Part shown: positions 28,610 through 37,926 of the stretch, in pieces
How the letters are laid out: the number at the start of each line of letters is the position of its first letter
Numbering within the stretch: the first letter of the stretch is position 1
The notes under the pieces: generated by a model
The model's database searches: none
What the model was told of the DNA's origin: nothing
The model's input: only the letters and a program-made list of their open reading frames with translations
Translations under genes and position numbers: made by a program
NCBI GenBank assembly: GCA_964504535.1
Contig: CAZDED010000007.1
Span: forward strand, 12,353-76,352
Length of the DNA stretch: 64,000 bases
Source of the DNA: an uncultured Gammaproteobacteria bacterium
GTDB taxonomy: Bacteria > Patescibacteriota > Microgenomatia > Levybacterales > GWA1-39-11
Reading direction: 5' to 3'

Positions 28610-29584
28610 ATGAAAAGAAAAGCTATTTTTCGCATACTTATCCTTCTTGTATTTCTCTCTATAGCAAAAAGTAACATCTTTGCCCAAGAACAATCCTTAA
28701 GTATTTTTCCTCCGGTAATAGAGGTCCAAACCACTCCTCCATCTTCACCTTTAACCCCAATCACTATCCAAAATAATGCAGAAAATGACCTTAAGTTAAA
28801 AATTGAACTTATACCGTTCAAAACAAACAACATTACTGGTGAAATAAGACTAGTTCCAAATGATATTTCTAAAGGTTTTTATCCATACTACCGTGACCGT
28901 ATTCAGTTTTTAGTTGATGGTAAAAAGACAGATACGGTTATTCTAGCACCCCTTGAATCCAAGCAAGTTGAACTCAATATAAATCTAGCAAAAGGCGATC
29001 CTCCCGGTGATTACTATTACTCTATTGTTTTTATCAACCAACAAGAGGCTTCTTCAGGCTCAAGTGTGTCTCAAATGCCGGCAGGAATTGCTACAAATCT
29101 TCTCCTTTCTATCGGACCAAAAGATCAGTCATCAGGATCAATTTCCCAGTTCAAAACATCATCATTTAAAACAAATGGTCCTGTTGATTTTGAGCTTAAA
29201 ATTCACAATTCTAGTAAACATCTTATCAACCCTACGGGATCTATTCAGATTAAAAATCTTTTTGGCCAAACGGTAGGCGCTGTTAAAATCTTGCCTCAGT
29301 ACATACTTGCTGGTTCAGATAGGTTTATGCTTGATGATAAACAAAGCTCGCCTGAGGCTCAACTAGCCTCTCAGCAACTCAACTCTACCCCTAAAGTCAT
29401 ATGGCCGGAAAAATTCTTACTTGGCTGGTACGAGGCAAAGGCTACGATATTACTTGAGGAGGATGGCAGAAAATACACACAATCACTCTACTTCTTTGCC
29501 TTTCCACTTTACCTTTTCTTCCCACTGGTTACAGCAATATTTATTGCACTCAGCGTTTACCTCAGAGTGAAAAAGAAAATATAG
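28610..29584 (+). CDS. DUF916/DUF3324-like surface protein with C-terminal TM
   Basis: LSIFPPVIE, PPGDYYYSIVF, PTGSIQIKNLFG, LGWYEAK, FFAFP plus TM; paralogue of 10908..11906. Confidence 0.72.
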   Translation: MKRKAIFRILILLVFLSIAKSNIFAQEQSLSIFPPVIEVQTTPPSSPLTPITIQNNAENDLKLKIELIPFKTNNITGEIRLVPNDISKGFYPYYRDRIQFLVDGKKTDTVILAPLESKQVELNINLAKGDPPGDYYYSIVFINQQEASSGSSVSQMPAGIATNLLLSIGPKDQSSGSISQFKTSSFKTNGPVDFELKIHNSSKHLINPTGSIQIKNLFGQTVGAVKILPQYILAGSDRFMLDDKQSSPEAQLASQQLNSTPKVIWPEKFLLGWYEAKATILLEEDGRKYTQSLYFFAFPLYLFFPLVTAIFIALSVYLRVKKKI

Positions 29585-30274
29585 ATCAGCTTAGAGTGCG
29601 AAAGAATGCCTAAATAACCCCCATAAATACCTTCAAACCAAAGAAGCCTATTTATATTCCTATAGCGACAGCCCATATGTATAACCGGAGTATAAAAAAA
29701 TCAATTTAGATTATGAATAATGGATAATTTAAATTTACAATCCTTATCACTCTATGCTTATAAATGATTTTTACTGTCCGATAATTCTCAAGTTAAGATT
29801 AAGATTGTTCTCTTTTCTCTGATTAATGTATATCCCAATAGTATATTATTTTCACATGACTATTACTTCTTATCTTTCACGAAAAGCTTCCAAAGGAGGC
29901 AATTTTTTTTGTTTGTAACTATCCTAAAGTAATTTTTGAGGCTAATACATCACTTTGATCTACTCTTTTTACCAGATTTTTGTGATTTCAAAAAAAACTT
30001 TTTTGTCCTAAAAATGCCTCAAGCAATTGTTGGTATTTAATGTATCCAAATATAACATAATGCATCACAGCCTCAGAACTACTCTTGACAGCGTGGTATA
30101 AGATTCTTTACTCTGTTTATACCCATGAAAAATATGGCGTGTAAACTATATAATCGGTATAATTTTGAGGCTAAATACACTACTTGCGGTAATAAATTTT
30201 TTTGGTTTTTTGCGTTATTAAATGATAATGAAAATATATCCTCTAGCTTTTCACGATAAATACCCATTCTGCCT

Positions 30275-33200
30275 ATGGAATTACTAGAACTATTCAAAAG
30301 ACAATTAGCATCTACACCTAACACTTCTTCCAAGAATACGATCAAGAATTATGTCTCCGACGTGCGTCATTTTATCTCCTGGTTTGAGGCTGTTACAGCT
30401 TCAAAATTTGAAGCTAGTTCTATCACTCCTGATGTGATTCTTCTCTACCAAAACAGCATGGGAGGCCTCCTTTTGGATGGTCAATTACAAATCAACAGCC
30501 AACTTTCAGCGGCGTCCATGAAAAGACACTTATCCTCAATTCGTAAGTTTTTCACAGTGCTTGAGGGAGAAAATATACTCCGTGAAAACCCTTTTAAAAA
30601 AATTGTCACGGAAGAGACAGTAGAACCGACCGACTATTGGCACCTAAAGTCATTCAGGGATTATCTGATGATGGGAAAGGCATCAAAGATCACTGTCAAG
30701 AATTATCTATCAGACATTTCGGGCTTTGCACGTTGGTATGAAGAAGCGGTTCTTCCAACTGTAGAAAATCCGGTAAGTTCAAATCAGGGATTTTATCTTA
30801 TTACTCAAGCAATTGTTGAGGATTATAGAAAAAGACTTGTTGAAATCCAAAATGCTGCTCCTAGAACTATCAACAGAAAACTCTCAGCTCTAAGACGTTA
30901 TTTGGAATTTGCTACAAAAAAAGGTTTTATCACAAATCGGGAGATAAATATAAGCTCGGTTGAAGCTGAAATCGCTCAAGAGGTTCAGGATCTACCGAAA
31001 GTTCCCCTATCTGAAATATCCACACAACTAACTCCACAGAAGCGAATGTATTCAAAAATACCACCGGTTCGATTAGTTCAAAAACTATTTGTTAACCCCT
31101 ATCTTCTCCTCGAAGAAGGTGCTGCCAATGCAATAACTACCTTTCTCATCGGTAAAAAAGTGACAGGCATTGCAAATCTTCCTCAGAAATTATCTGCTCA
31201 AATTGTCGCTAAAAATGCTCTTAGGGTTCAAAATCAAGGATTAAGCACTCTTCTTAGCGTAAGAAATATAGAGAAAGAATTCTATGCCCCAGAAAAAATT
31301 TCTCTCTCAGGTCTTCCCATACACCAAAAACTGTTCCATCATGTCAGATTTAATAGACCTAATTGGTATAAAAGATATCATAACTATGCATTTGTTCATT
31401 ACATCCACTTCGCTCTCCTTGTTATTTTTGCATCAGGTGTAGGAGTTGCTTTATATCAAAATTTAGTTGTCCAAAAACAAACACCAACCTTTGCCGCCGC
31501 TACTGCTCCACCGAGAATTTTGTCTTTTCAGGGAAGACTTACCGATGCACTCGACAATCCAATTACCTCACCTCAACCAGTGAGGTTCATGATTTATAAC
31601 AGCCTTGCTGCAACTGGAGCTGCAGAGCTTTGGGAAGAGACAAGGACAATTTCTCCCGACCAGGATGGTATATTTTCTGTACTTTTGGGTAGCGACTCAA
31701 CTGGTGCTAACGCGTCATCCTGCGGATCATTCCCGCCAGGAAGTCCATATAATACTGCTTGTCTTATCCCTTCAACGGTATTTTCAGACAATAGCCAAAT
31801 TTGGCTTGGAGTTACTATTGCCAATAGCACTGAGCTTGCACCTCGTCAAAAAATAGCTACCGTCGGATACGCTAGCAATTCAGAATTCCTTCAAGGGTTA
31901 CCACCAACTTCAGCAGTCAGTAGCTTTGTAAATGCAGTTCTTGCACTTGACAGTACTGGAAGTTTTAACCTAAATGATGGAATTGAACATACATTTCAGG
32001 TAAGTAACGGCACCCTCACCCTAAAAGCTCAAACCCTAAATTTAACTACTAGTCTTGGTACAAATGGTAATATAATCTTGAATCCTGAGGGATCAGGTAA
32101 GGTCGACATTCAAAAACCTATTATCAACAATTCAAATACCGGCAATCTTGTGCCTGGTGGGGTTGAGATTAATGATAAGTTTGGAGTCCTTGCTACCGAA
32201 TCAGCAGTAGCTGCTTTTATAGTAAATAACAATACCACAGGTGGTGATATTTTTGCAGCCTCATCTTCAGGTACAACGAGATTCAAAATTGCAAATGATG
32301 GATCAATCACCTCAGGCTTTTATACCGGTCAAAATGCAGTGCTCTATGGCACTCAAACAACAGGAGTGATAGGTCAAGTAACTACCGCTTCAACGGGACT
32401 TTGCCTTCAATCCGGAGCTTCCCTCCCTACCTGGGGAACATGCGGAACCAGCTACTGGAATCTCACTACTGACAATGGTGCACTAACCCCATTCAGTAGC
32501 ACACTTGACTTGCTTATTGGCGGTCAATCAACAGCTTCTGCTAAATTTGCTTTCATCAATAATGCTTCAGGGTCACCTACCGCTTCGATATCTGGCAATT
32601 TATCAATTGCAGTGCCAACTGGAGCCAATGGGGCAAATCTTTTCAATATCTTTAACGGGGGAAGCCTTAACTTTCAAACCTCAGGAGGTGGTAACGCTGG
32701 CCTTACTTCCCGTCTCTTTATAGCAAATGACGGCAGAATCGGCATCGGAACTACGAGCCCATTTAGTAGAAATGCTTTAGATATCAGGGGATTAAGTGGA
32801 ACATCTTCAACAGCTTCTATCTCTGCTACTTCTTCATATGCAACTCTCGTTGTTGATAATGCAGGCAGTGGGGATCTTATAGCAGCGAGCGCCTCTGGAG
32901 TTCCCAACTTTGTAGTCAAAAATAATGGAGACATAATTGTTGGACCTGGTGGTGGAGGAAAAATTACGGCAGCTATCATTGACCCATATCTTATTCAAAA
33001 TCAAAAAACAACAGGAATCCAAAGCCTCACTTTCCAAACCCTAGGTGCTTCAAATGCTGATTTTGTCTTTCAGAATACAAGCACAACCCTCTCAACACTG
33101 ACAATGGCAGGTCAATTCCAATTGCCAATAACCGGATCTACTGGTGGAATTGTACTAGGTGGTGATACTCAATTATTTAGGGGGGCTGCTGACAGAATTG

Positions 33201-36200
33201 ACATTGCGGCAAATGACTCTCTTAACTTTCTTTCTGGATCTGGAGGATTACTAACTAATGGAACAACAAGGATAGATGCATCGGGTAATGGGACATTTGC
33301 AAATATTAATATTACTGGTACATGCACAGGATGTATAACTACTGGAAATTCTCCTTTCTATGTGTCAGAGGGTACGATTGTCCCAGGTAATACAACTGAA
33401 GACTTTATATTGGGAGGAACAGCATCAAGTAGTGCCCGATTTATTGTAAATGGCCTTGCAACAGGAATTGCACCAACTGCATCGATATCTGCTACTAATG
33501 GTAACGGAATATATCTTTCAGCACAAAATAGTACAGTCCAAACACTCAGGAATAACACACTGTCAATTGGAGGAAATACAACCGGTGCCGTAGCTATCAA
33601 TCCACTAGCCACAAATTTTACTGGTGTTGGCACCTCTAACCCGATGGCCTCGCTGGATATCAGAGGTTCGCTCGGCATTATTGGTGGAGGGACACTTGCA
33701 GTTGCTTCAATTTCTGGTAGAACATCATATGCAGCACTAGCTATAGACAACTTAAATACCGCAGGTGACCTGTTCACCGCTTCGTCTTCCTCGAATATGC
33801 AATTCGTGATCAAAAACAACGGATTTGTTGGCTTTGCAACAGCCGCCCCTACTGCCCGACTTGACGTCAATGGTTCGGCCTCAATTTCTAGTGCGCTAAC
33901 ATTTAGAACTGGCTCCGGAACTATTCAAACTTCAGCTAGCAATTCTCTTACTATAGGGGGCAATACAACTGGTTTTATAACAATCGATTCAGGCTCAGGA
34001 CTTGTGAATATTTTAGACAATACTAATATATCGGGTGCACTCACCGGCCTTACAGGGCTGACTCTAGCCAGTGGGGGCATAACATTAGGGGGAACAGTTG
34101 GTACAGGTACTCAATGTCTCCTTGGTGGTGCAACAGCCTCATGGGGCTCTTGTGGTAGCGGCGGAACCTCTCCCTTCCAATATACTACCTCGCCTACTGG
34201 TGCCATAATACCTATTAATTCTACCGTAGATTTTCTCATTGGTGGACAAGCAACCGAAAGTGCAAAATTTTCCATTCTCAATATAGCTGGAGGAACACCT
34301 ACGGCCTCAATTTCAGCTAATTCAGGTAATAATGCTGTCTATCTAACAGGAGATGGTACACTTGCAACAACAAATAGGCGTACGTTGACTATAGGCAATT
34401 CCTCAACATATGACACAACAGGAAATGTCCTGATCAACCCTAACGGAACAGGAAATGTTGGCATAGGCACAAATACATCAACTGTAAAACTAGAAATAGT
34501 TGATAATAATGGTACGGGAGGAATATTATTAAACGGACCCGTTAACGATACAGCCAACATTAGGTTTAGAAATACTAATCAGACTCCAAGCGATTTTAAT
34601 ATTGATTATGCAGGAGCAACTCTCAGATTTTTTACTGAAACAGGACTTGGCACTGGTGGAGTTTATAGAGGCGGGATTACGAATAATGGGCTCTTTGGAC
34701 TTGGAGTATCAGTACCGAGCTCCGAACTTCATGTATCGCGTCTTCTTACCCAACAAACCGCAACTGGTAAGGCCTTAGTACTATTTGATCAAAATGAAAA
34801 TCAAGATATTTTCACCGCTTCAGCATCAGGCACAACACGCTTTGTAATCCAGAACGATGGAGACGTTGGCATTGGAACCGATAGCCCACTAGCACCCCTT
34901 CATTTATCCGGATCTTCCCGTTCTATTTACCTGTCGGATGCTGGTCAATCCATAAGCTCCCAATGGTTCCTTTCTCCTGGTGCCAATAACTACCTTAATG
35001 GTACTGCTGCTGGCGATGGAGGAATAAAATTTCATTCAACTACTGGCTCCTTCGTAATAGGCCGAGATACAGGCAGTGTTGAATTTAAAATAACAAACAC
35101 TGGGAATCTAGGACTCGGAACGTACTATTCCCCCACAGGTGTTAATCCAACAGCAAAATTACAAGTATATTCTCTTGGCACCACCCCAGTAGCCTCAATT
35201 TCCGGTAAGACTTCTGGTCCTACTCTACTTCTATCAAATGATGGAACTGGTGATATTCTAGCTGCTTCAGTATCAGGAGTTCAAAAGTTCAGGATCAATG
35301 CTGCAGGAGATCTTATTGTTGGAGACGGATCAGGCAAGATATATGGTGGAGGATTTGATCCACTATTCACAATCGATGGCAAGAAATTCTCTACATACGC
35401 TTCTGGTATTAACGGTATGAAGGAAGAATATATCGGTAGTGCAAATCTTGCTTATGATGCAGCTGCTGGTGGGTACGCATATACTCTGGACTTCAACAAT
35501 TTTGAGTACGGCAGTGAATTGTGGACCTTCTCCCGTGTAATTGACCCTGATCTGACGAAAGTCAATGTCCTTCTCACCCCCACCTCACAGGCAAGGACAT
35601 GGTTCCGCCGTGACCCAGTCAACAGAAAACTCATACTTTATTCCGACCGCCCAACCAGTGTTACATTTAGGTTCACTGCTCCCCGCTTTGACTATGCTCT
35701 GTATCCATCTTCAAATCATTCCCATGATATTGCTGGTTTACAAGCACCAGTAGCACCAAACACTATCGGAACTGGCGAGGCTGATCCAATGGATTCTTTC
35801 CTTGCTTCCCTCTCAATTCAGTTCAATAATGGTCTATTTGTAGTATTGGATGGATTTGGCAACATGGTTCACCGGGTCGATGGATTCTCAAATCTCATCG
35901 CAGCAAATCTTGAAGCTGGTTTTATTCATACAAGAAATCTAGCAGCAGACACTTTGTCAGCTGGAAGTGCTTCACTTGGCAACGCAACCGCAAATACTTT
36001 TGCCGTTGCTGCAAATACAATCACAATTGGTGGAAAAGACATCAGACAATTTATCATAGATACTGTCACAGCAGCAGGATTTGGCCAAAATACAATCATT
36101 TCACCGTTAGCAGAAGTTGAAACGATAAAAACAAACACCATTCGTCCTCTAGCCGACGGTGGGGATATAACTGTAAAAGGAAAACTCATTACTGAGTCAG

Positions 36201-37177
36201 ATAAATCAGCTACTGATAGTGCTAGTATCTCACTTGACGTGAGAGGATCAGCTTCCATATCAGGCAATCTCACTGTAAACAATATACAAACCAATAATGC
36301 AACTCTTGCAGGATCTCTTACAACAACAAATGCCTCAATAAGTGGCACCCTTGCCGCAAGGGATATCAACGTTAATCAGCTTCAAATCCGTGATAATCTT
36401 AAGGTAGGCACTGTACGGGCAGATTTTGGAATATTTGAACAAGGAATAACCTCAATGGGGCCTGTAACTGCAAATATCTTAACCGCAACAGACCAATTAG
36501 CGGTAGGCAGCAACTTCACCATCTCAAATAATGCGATAAATACCGTAGGAACAGATCTTGCTATCCAGTCTTTGAGGCAAGGAGATATCGCATTTCAAGG
36601 TGGGCTTATCCGAATGGACACGGATGGCAATATGACAGTTAATGGTAATTTCAATCTTCTCGGGGAAATTGATGCAGTTCATGGAGTATTTAGCGGTACA
36701 CTCACTACCCCTGCCTTGGCAACCGACCTTATCTCACCGGTTGCGGATTCAAATATCTCCCTTTCATTCAAAGATTCTAAATTCAATATTCAGAATTCCA
36801 AAACTGCTACTGGAAGCGCTGTTCTTTCTATAGACAATAAAGGGAACATCCAGTCATCAGGATCTGCAACATTTGCAAAACTCAACTTCAATCTGGTTGG
36901 GAAGGCTGAGGCTACTAGCCTTACCGAAGCTGTTGCAACGGGAAGCGCTGGATTTGCTACGTTAAGAGCGGGACAACCAGAACTAACTATAAAGAACAGG
37001 ATCATCACACCAAAATCATTGATCTATATCACACCATTTGGAAATACTGACAACAAAGTCCTTTACCTGCTCCGTCAAATACCTGACTCTGACACCGAAG
37101 ATGGGTCATTTACAATAGGGATTTCTGGCCAAGTTCCAAATCATGATATACAATTTAACTGGTTGGTTGTGAATTAA
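30275..37177 (+). CDS. Giant 2300-aa protein: two N-terminal phage-integrase/XerD SAM-like (core-binding) domains, TM helix, and ~1900-aa beta-repeat fibre-like ectodomain
   Basis: SKNTIKNYVSDVRHFISW…SMKRHLSSIRKFF…ENP and SKITVKNYLSDISGFARW…RTINRKLSALRRYLEF; TM ~31406-31456; LSFQGRLTD; repeated GD(I/L)F(A/T)AS-S-G…F-I-N-G and GNVGIGT units. Confidence 0.85.
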   Translation: MELLELFKRQLASTPNTSSKNTIKNYVSDVRHFISWFEAVTASKFEASSITPDVILLYQNSMGGLLLDGQLQINSQLSAASMKRHLSSIRKFFTVLEGENILRENPFKKIVTEETVEPTDYWHLKSFRDYLMMGKASKITVKNYLSDISGFARWYEEAVLPTVENPVSSNQGFYLITQAIVEDYRKRLVEIQNAAPRTINRKLSALRRYLEFATKKGFITNREINISSVEAEIAQEVQDLPKVPLSEISTQLTPQKRMYSKIPPVRLVQKLFVNPYLLLEEGAANAITTFLIGKKVTGIANLPQKLSAQIVAKNALRVQNQGLSTLLSVRNIEKEFYAPEKISLSGLPIHQKLFHHVRFNRPNWYKRYHNYAFVHYIHFALLVIFASGVGVALYQNLVVQKQTPTFAAATAPPRILSFQGRLTDALDNPITSPQPVRFMIYNSLAATGAAELWEETRTISPDQDGIFSVLLGSDSTGANASSCGSFPPGSPYNTACLIPSTVFSDNSQIWLGVTIANSTELAPRQKIATVGYASNSEFLQGLPPTSAVSSFVNAVLALDSTGSFNLNDGIEHTFQVSNGTLTLKAQTLNLTTSLGTNGNIILNPEGSGKVDIQKPIINNSNTGNLVPGGVEINDKFGVLATESAVAAFIVNNNTTGGDIFAASSSGTTRFKIANDGSITSGFYTGQNAVLYGTQTTGVIGQVTTASTGLCLQSGASLPTWGTCGTSYWNLTTDNGALTPFSSTLDLLIGGQSTASAKFAFINNASGSPTASISGNLSIAVPTGANGANLFNIFNGGSLNFQTSGGGNAGLTSRLFIANDGRIGIGTTSPFSRNALDIRGLSGTSSTASISATSSYATLVVDNAGSGDLIAASASGVPNFVVKNNGDIIVGPGGGGKITAAIIDPYLIQNQKTTGIQSLTFQTLGASNADFVFQNTSTTLSTLTMAGQFQLPITGSTGGIVLGGDTQLFRGAADRIDIAANDSLNFLSGSGGLLTNGTTRIDASGNGTFANINITGTCTGCITTGNSPFYVSEGTIVPGNTTEDFILGGTASSSARFIVNGLATGIAPTASISATNGNGIYLSAQNSTVQTLRNNTLSIGGNTTGAVAINPLATNFTGVGTSNPMASLDIRGSLGIIGGGTLAVASISGRTSYAALAIDNLNTAGDLFTASSSSNMQFVIKNNGFVGFATAAPTARLDVNGSASISSALTFRTGSGTIQTSASNSLTIGGNTTGFITIDSGSGLVNILDNTNISGALTGLTGLTLASGGITLGGTVGTGTQCLLGGATASWGSCGSGGTSPFQYTTSPTGAIIPINSTVDFLIGGQATESAKFSILNIAGGTPTASISANSGNNAVYLTGDGTLATTNRRTLTIGNSSTYDTTGNVLINPNGTGNVGIGTNTSTVKLEIVDNNGTGGILLNGPVNDTANIRFRNTNQTPSDFNIDYAGATLRFFTETGLGTGGVYRGGITNNGLFGLGVSVPSSELHVSRLLTQQTATGKALVLFDQNENQDIFTASASGTTRFVIQNDGDVGIGTDSPLAPLHLSGSSRSIYLSDAGQSISSQWFLSPGANNYLNGTAAGDGGIKFHSTTGSFVIGRDTGSVEFKITNTGNLGLGTYYSPTGVNPTAKLQVYSLGTTPVASISGKTSGPTLLLSNDGTGDILAASVSGVQKFRINAAGDLIVGDGSGKIYGGGFDPLFTIDGKKFSTYASGINGMKEEYIGSANLAYDAAAGGYAYTLDFNNFEYGSELWTFSRVIDPDLTKVNVLLTPTSQARTWFRRDPVNRKLILYSDRPTSVTFRFTAPRFDYALYPSSNHSHDIAGLQAPVAPNTIGTGEADPMDSFLASLSIQFNNGLFVVLDGFGNMVHRVDGFSNLIAANLEAGFIHTRNLAADTLSAGSASLGNATANTFAVAANTITIGGKDIRQFIIDTVTAAGFGQNTIISPLAEVETIKTNTIRPLADGGDITVKGKLITESDKSATDSASISLDVRGSASISGNLTVNNIQTNNATLAGSLTTTNASISGTLAARDINVNQLQIRDNLKVGTVRADFGIFEQGITSMGPVTANILTATDQLAVGSNFTISNNAINTVGTDLAIQSLRQGDIAFQGGLIRMDTDGNMTVNGNFNLLGEIDAVHGVFSGTLTTPALATDLISPVADSNISLSFKDSKFNIQNSKTATGSAVLSIDNKGNIQSSGSATFAKLNFNLVGKAEATSLTEAVATGSAGFATLRAGQPELTIKNRIITPKSLIYITPFGNTDNKVLYLLRQIPDSDTEDGSFTIGISGQVPNHDIQFNWLVVN

Positions 37178-37224
37178 GAGAAAAGAGCTTGACAAGCACA
37201 AAAAAATGGGCGTAATATTAAGAT

Positions 37225-37887
37225 ATGGACCCTAATCAATCTGCCAATTCTGTTCCTCCAAGGAAAGTACCACATCTACCCATATCAGAAGCTGAAAGTC
37301 ACCCGGAGATATATCAAGACGATCTTTCAAGTTCAAAGAATGCCCTTCTCACACTGGCTTCTTTACTAATTCTTGTCGGGATTATCGGAATTACTCTTTG
37401 GCTCTATATTCAGAATAAAACTGGAATTCAAGTTACATACCAATCAAAAAAAGAAGATACTAATAAAAGCTCTTCCAATATTCAAAAAAACCAAGCAACT
37501 TCTATTAACACCATGAGAAGTAAAGAGCTTATAAATAAGTATGGAACTGTTTGCAAAAGGTTTACAATACTTGAGGATGCCCTTAAAACTCCAGAAATCG
37601 TCTGTACGCTAGACTTATCAAATCAGGGTCTCAAAAGCCTAACAAAAGAGATTGGACAGTTCAAACAATTACATACCATAATATTGTCAAACAATAACTT
37701 GGAAATCTTTCCAAAAGAACTATACAGTTTATCTTCTTTAATAAGTATAGACTTCAGAAATAATCAACTAACAGAAAATCCGGATTTCAACAAATTTCCA
37801 AATCTTCAGTCTATAGAGCTTTCGGGAAATAAAATTTCTGAGAAAATTACAATTAAACGATTCCCTCCTCTAGTCATACAGTATTAA
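37225..37887 (+). CDS. Membrane-anchored leucine-rich repeat protein
   Basis: One TM, then LDLSNQGL, IILSNNNL, IDFRNNQL and IELSGNKI repeats. Confidence 0.85.
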   Translation: MDPNQSANSVPPRKVPHLPISEAESHPEIYQDDLSSSKNALLTLASLLILVGIIGITLWLYIQNKTGIQVTYQSKKEDTNKSSSNIQKNQATSINTMRSKELINKYGTVCKRFTILEDALKTPEIVCTLDLSNQGLKSLTKEIGQFKQLHTIILSNNNLEIFPKELYSLSSLISIDFRNNQLTENPDFNKFPNLQSIELSGNKISEKITIKRFPPLVIQY

Positions 37888-37926
37888 GAAAAAACAGTAT
37901 CGCTACGCTTTTGACTCTTAAATCTC

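Noticed and set aside
30040-30075. dif-like site (TTATGTTATAT on the minus strand; also GTTGTGCATAA near 42512)
   Set aside because: Only one arm resembles a Xer site in each case; expected by chance in AT-rich DNA.
30275-31000. Functional integrase or prophage boundary
   Set aside because: No catalytic tyrosine-recombinase domain, no att repeats and no phage structural or replication genes nearby.
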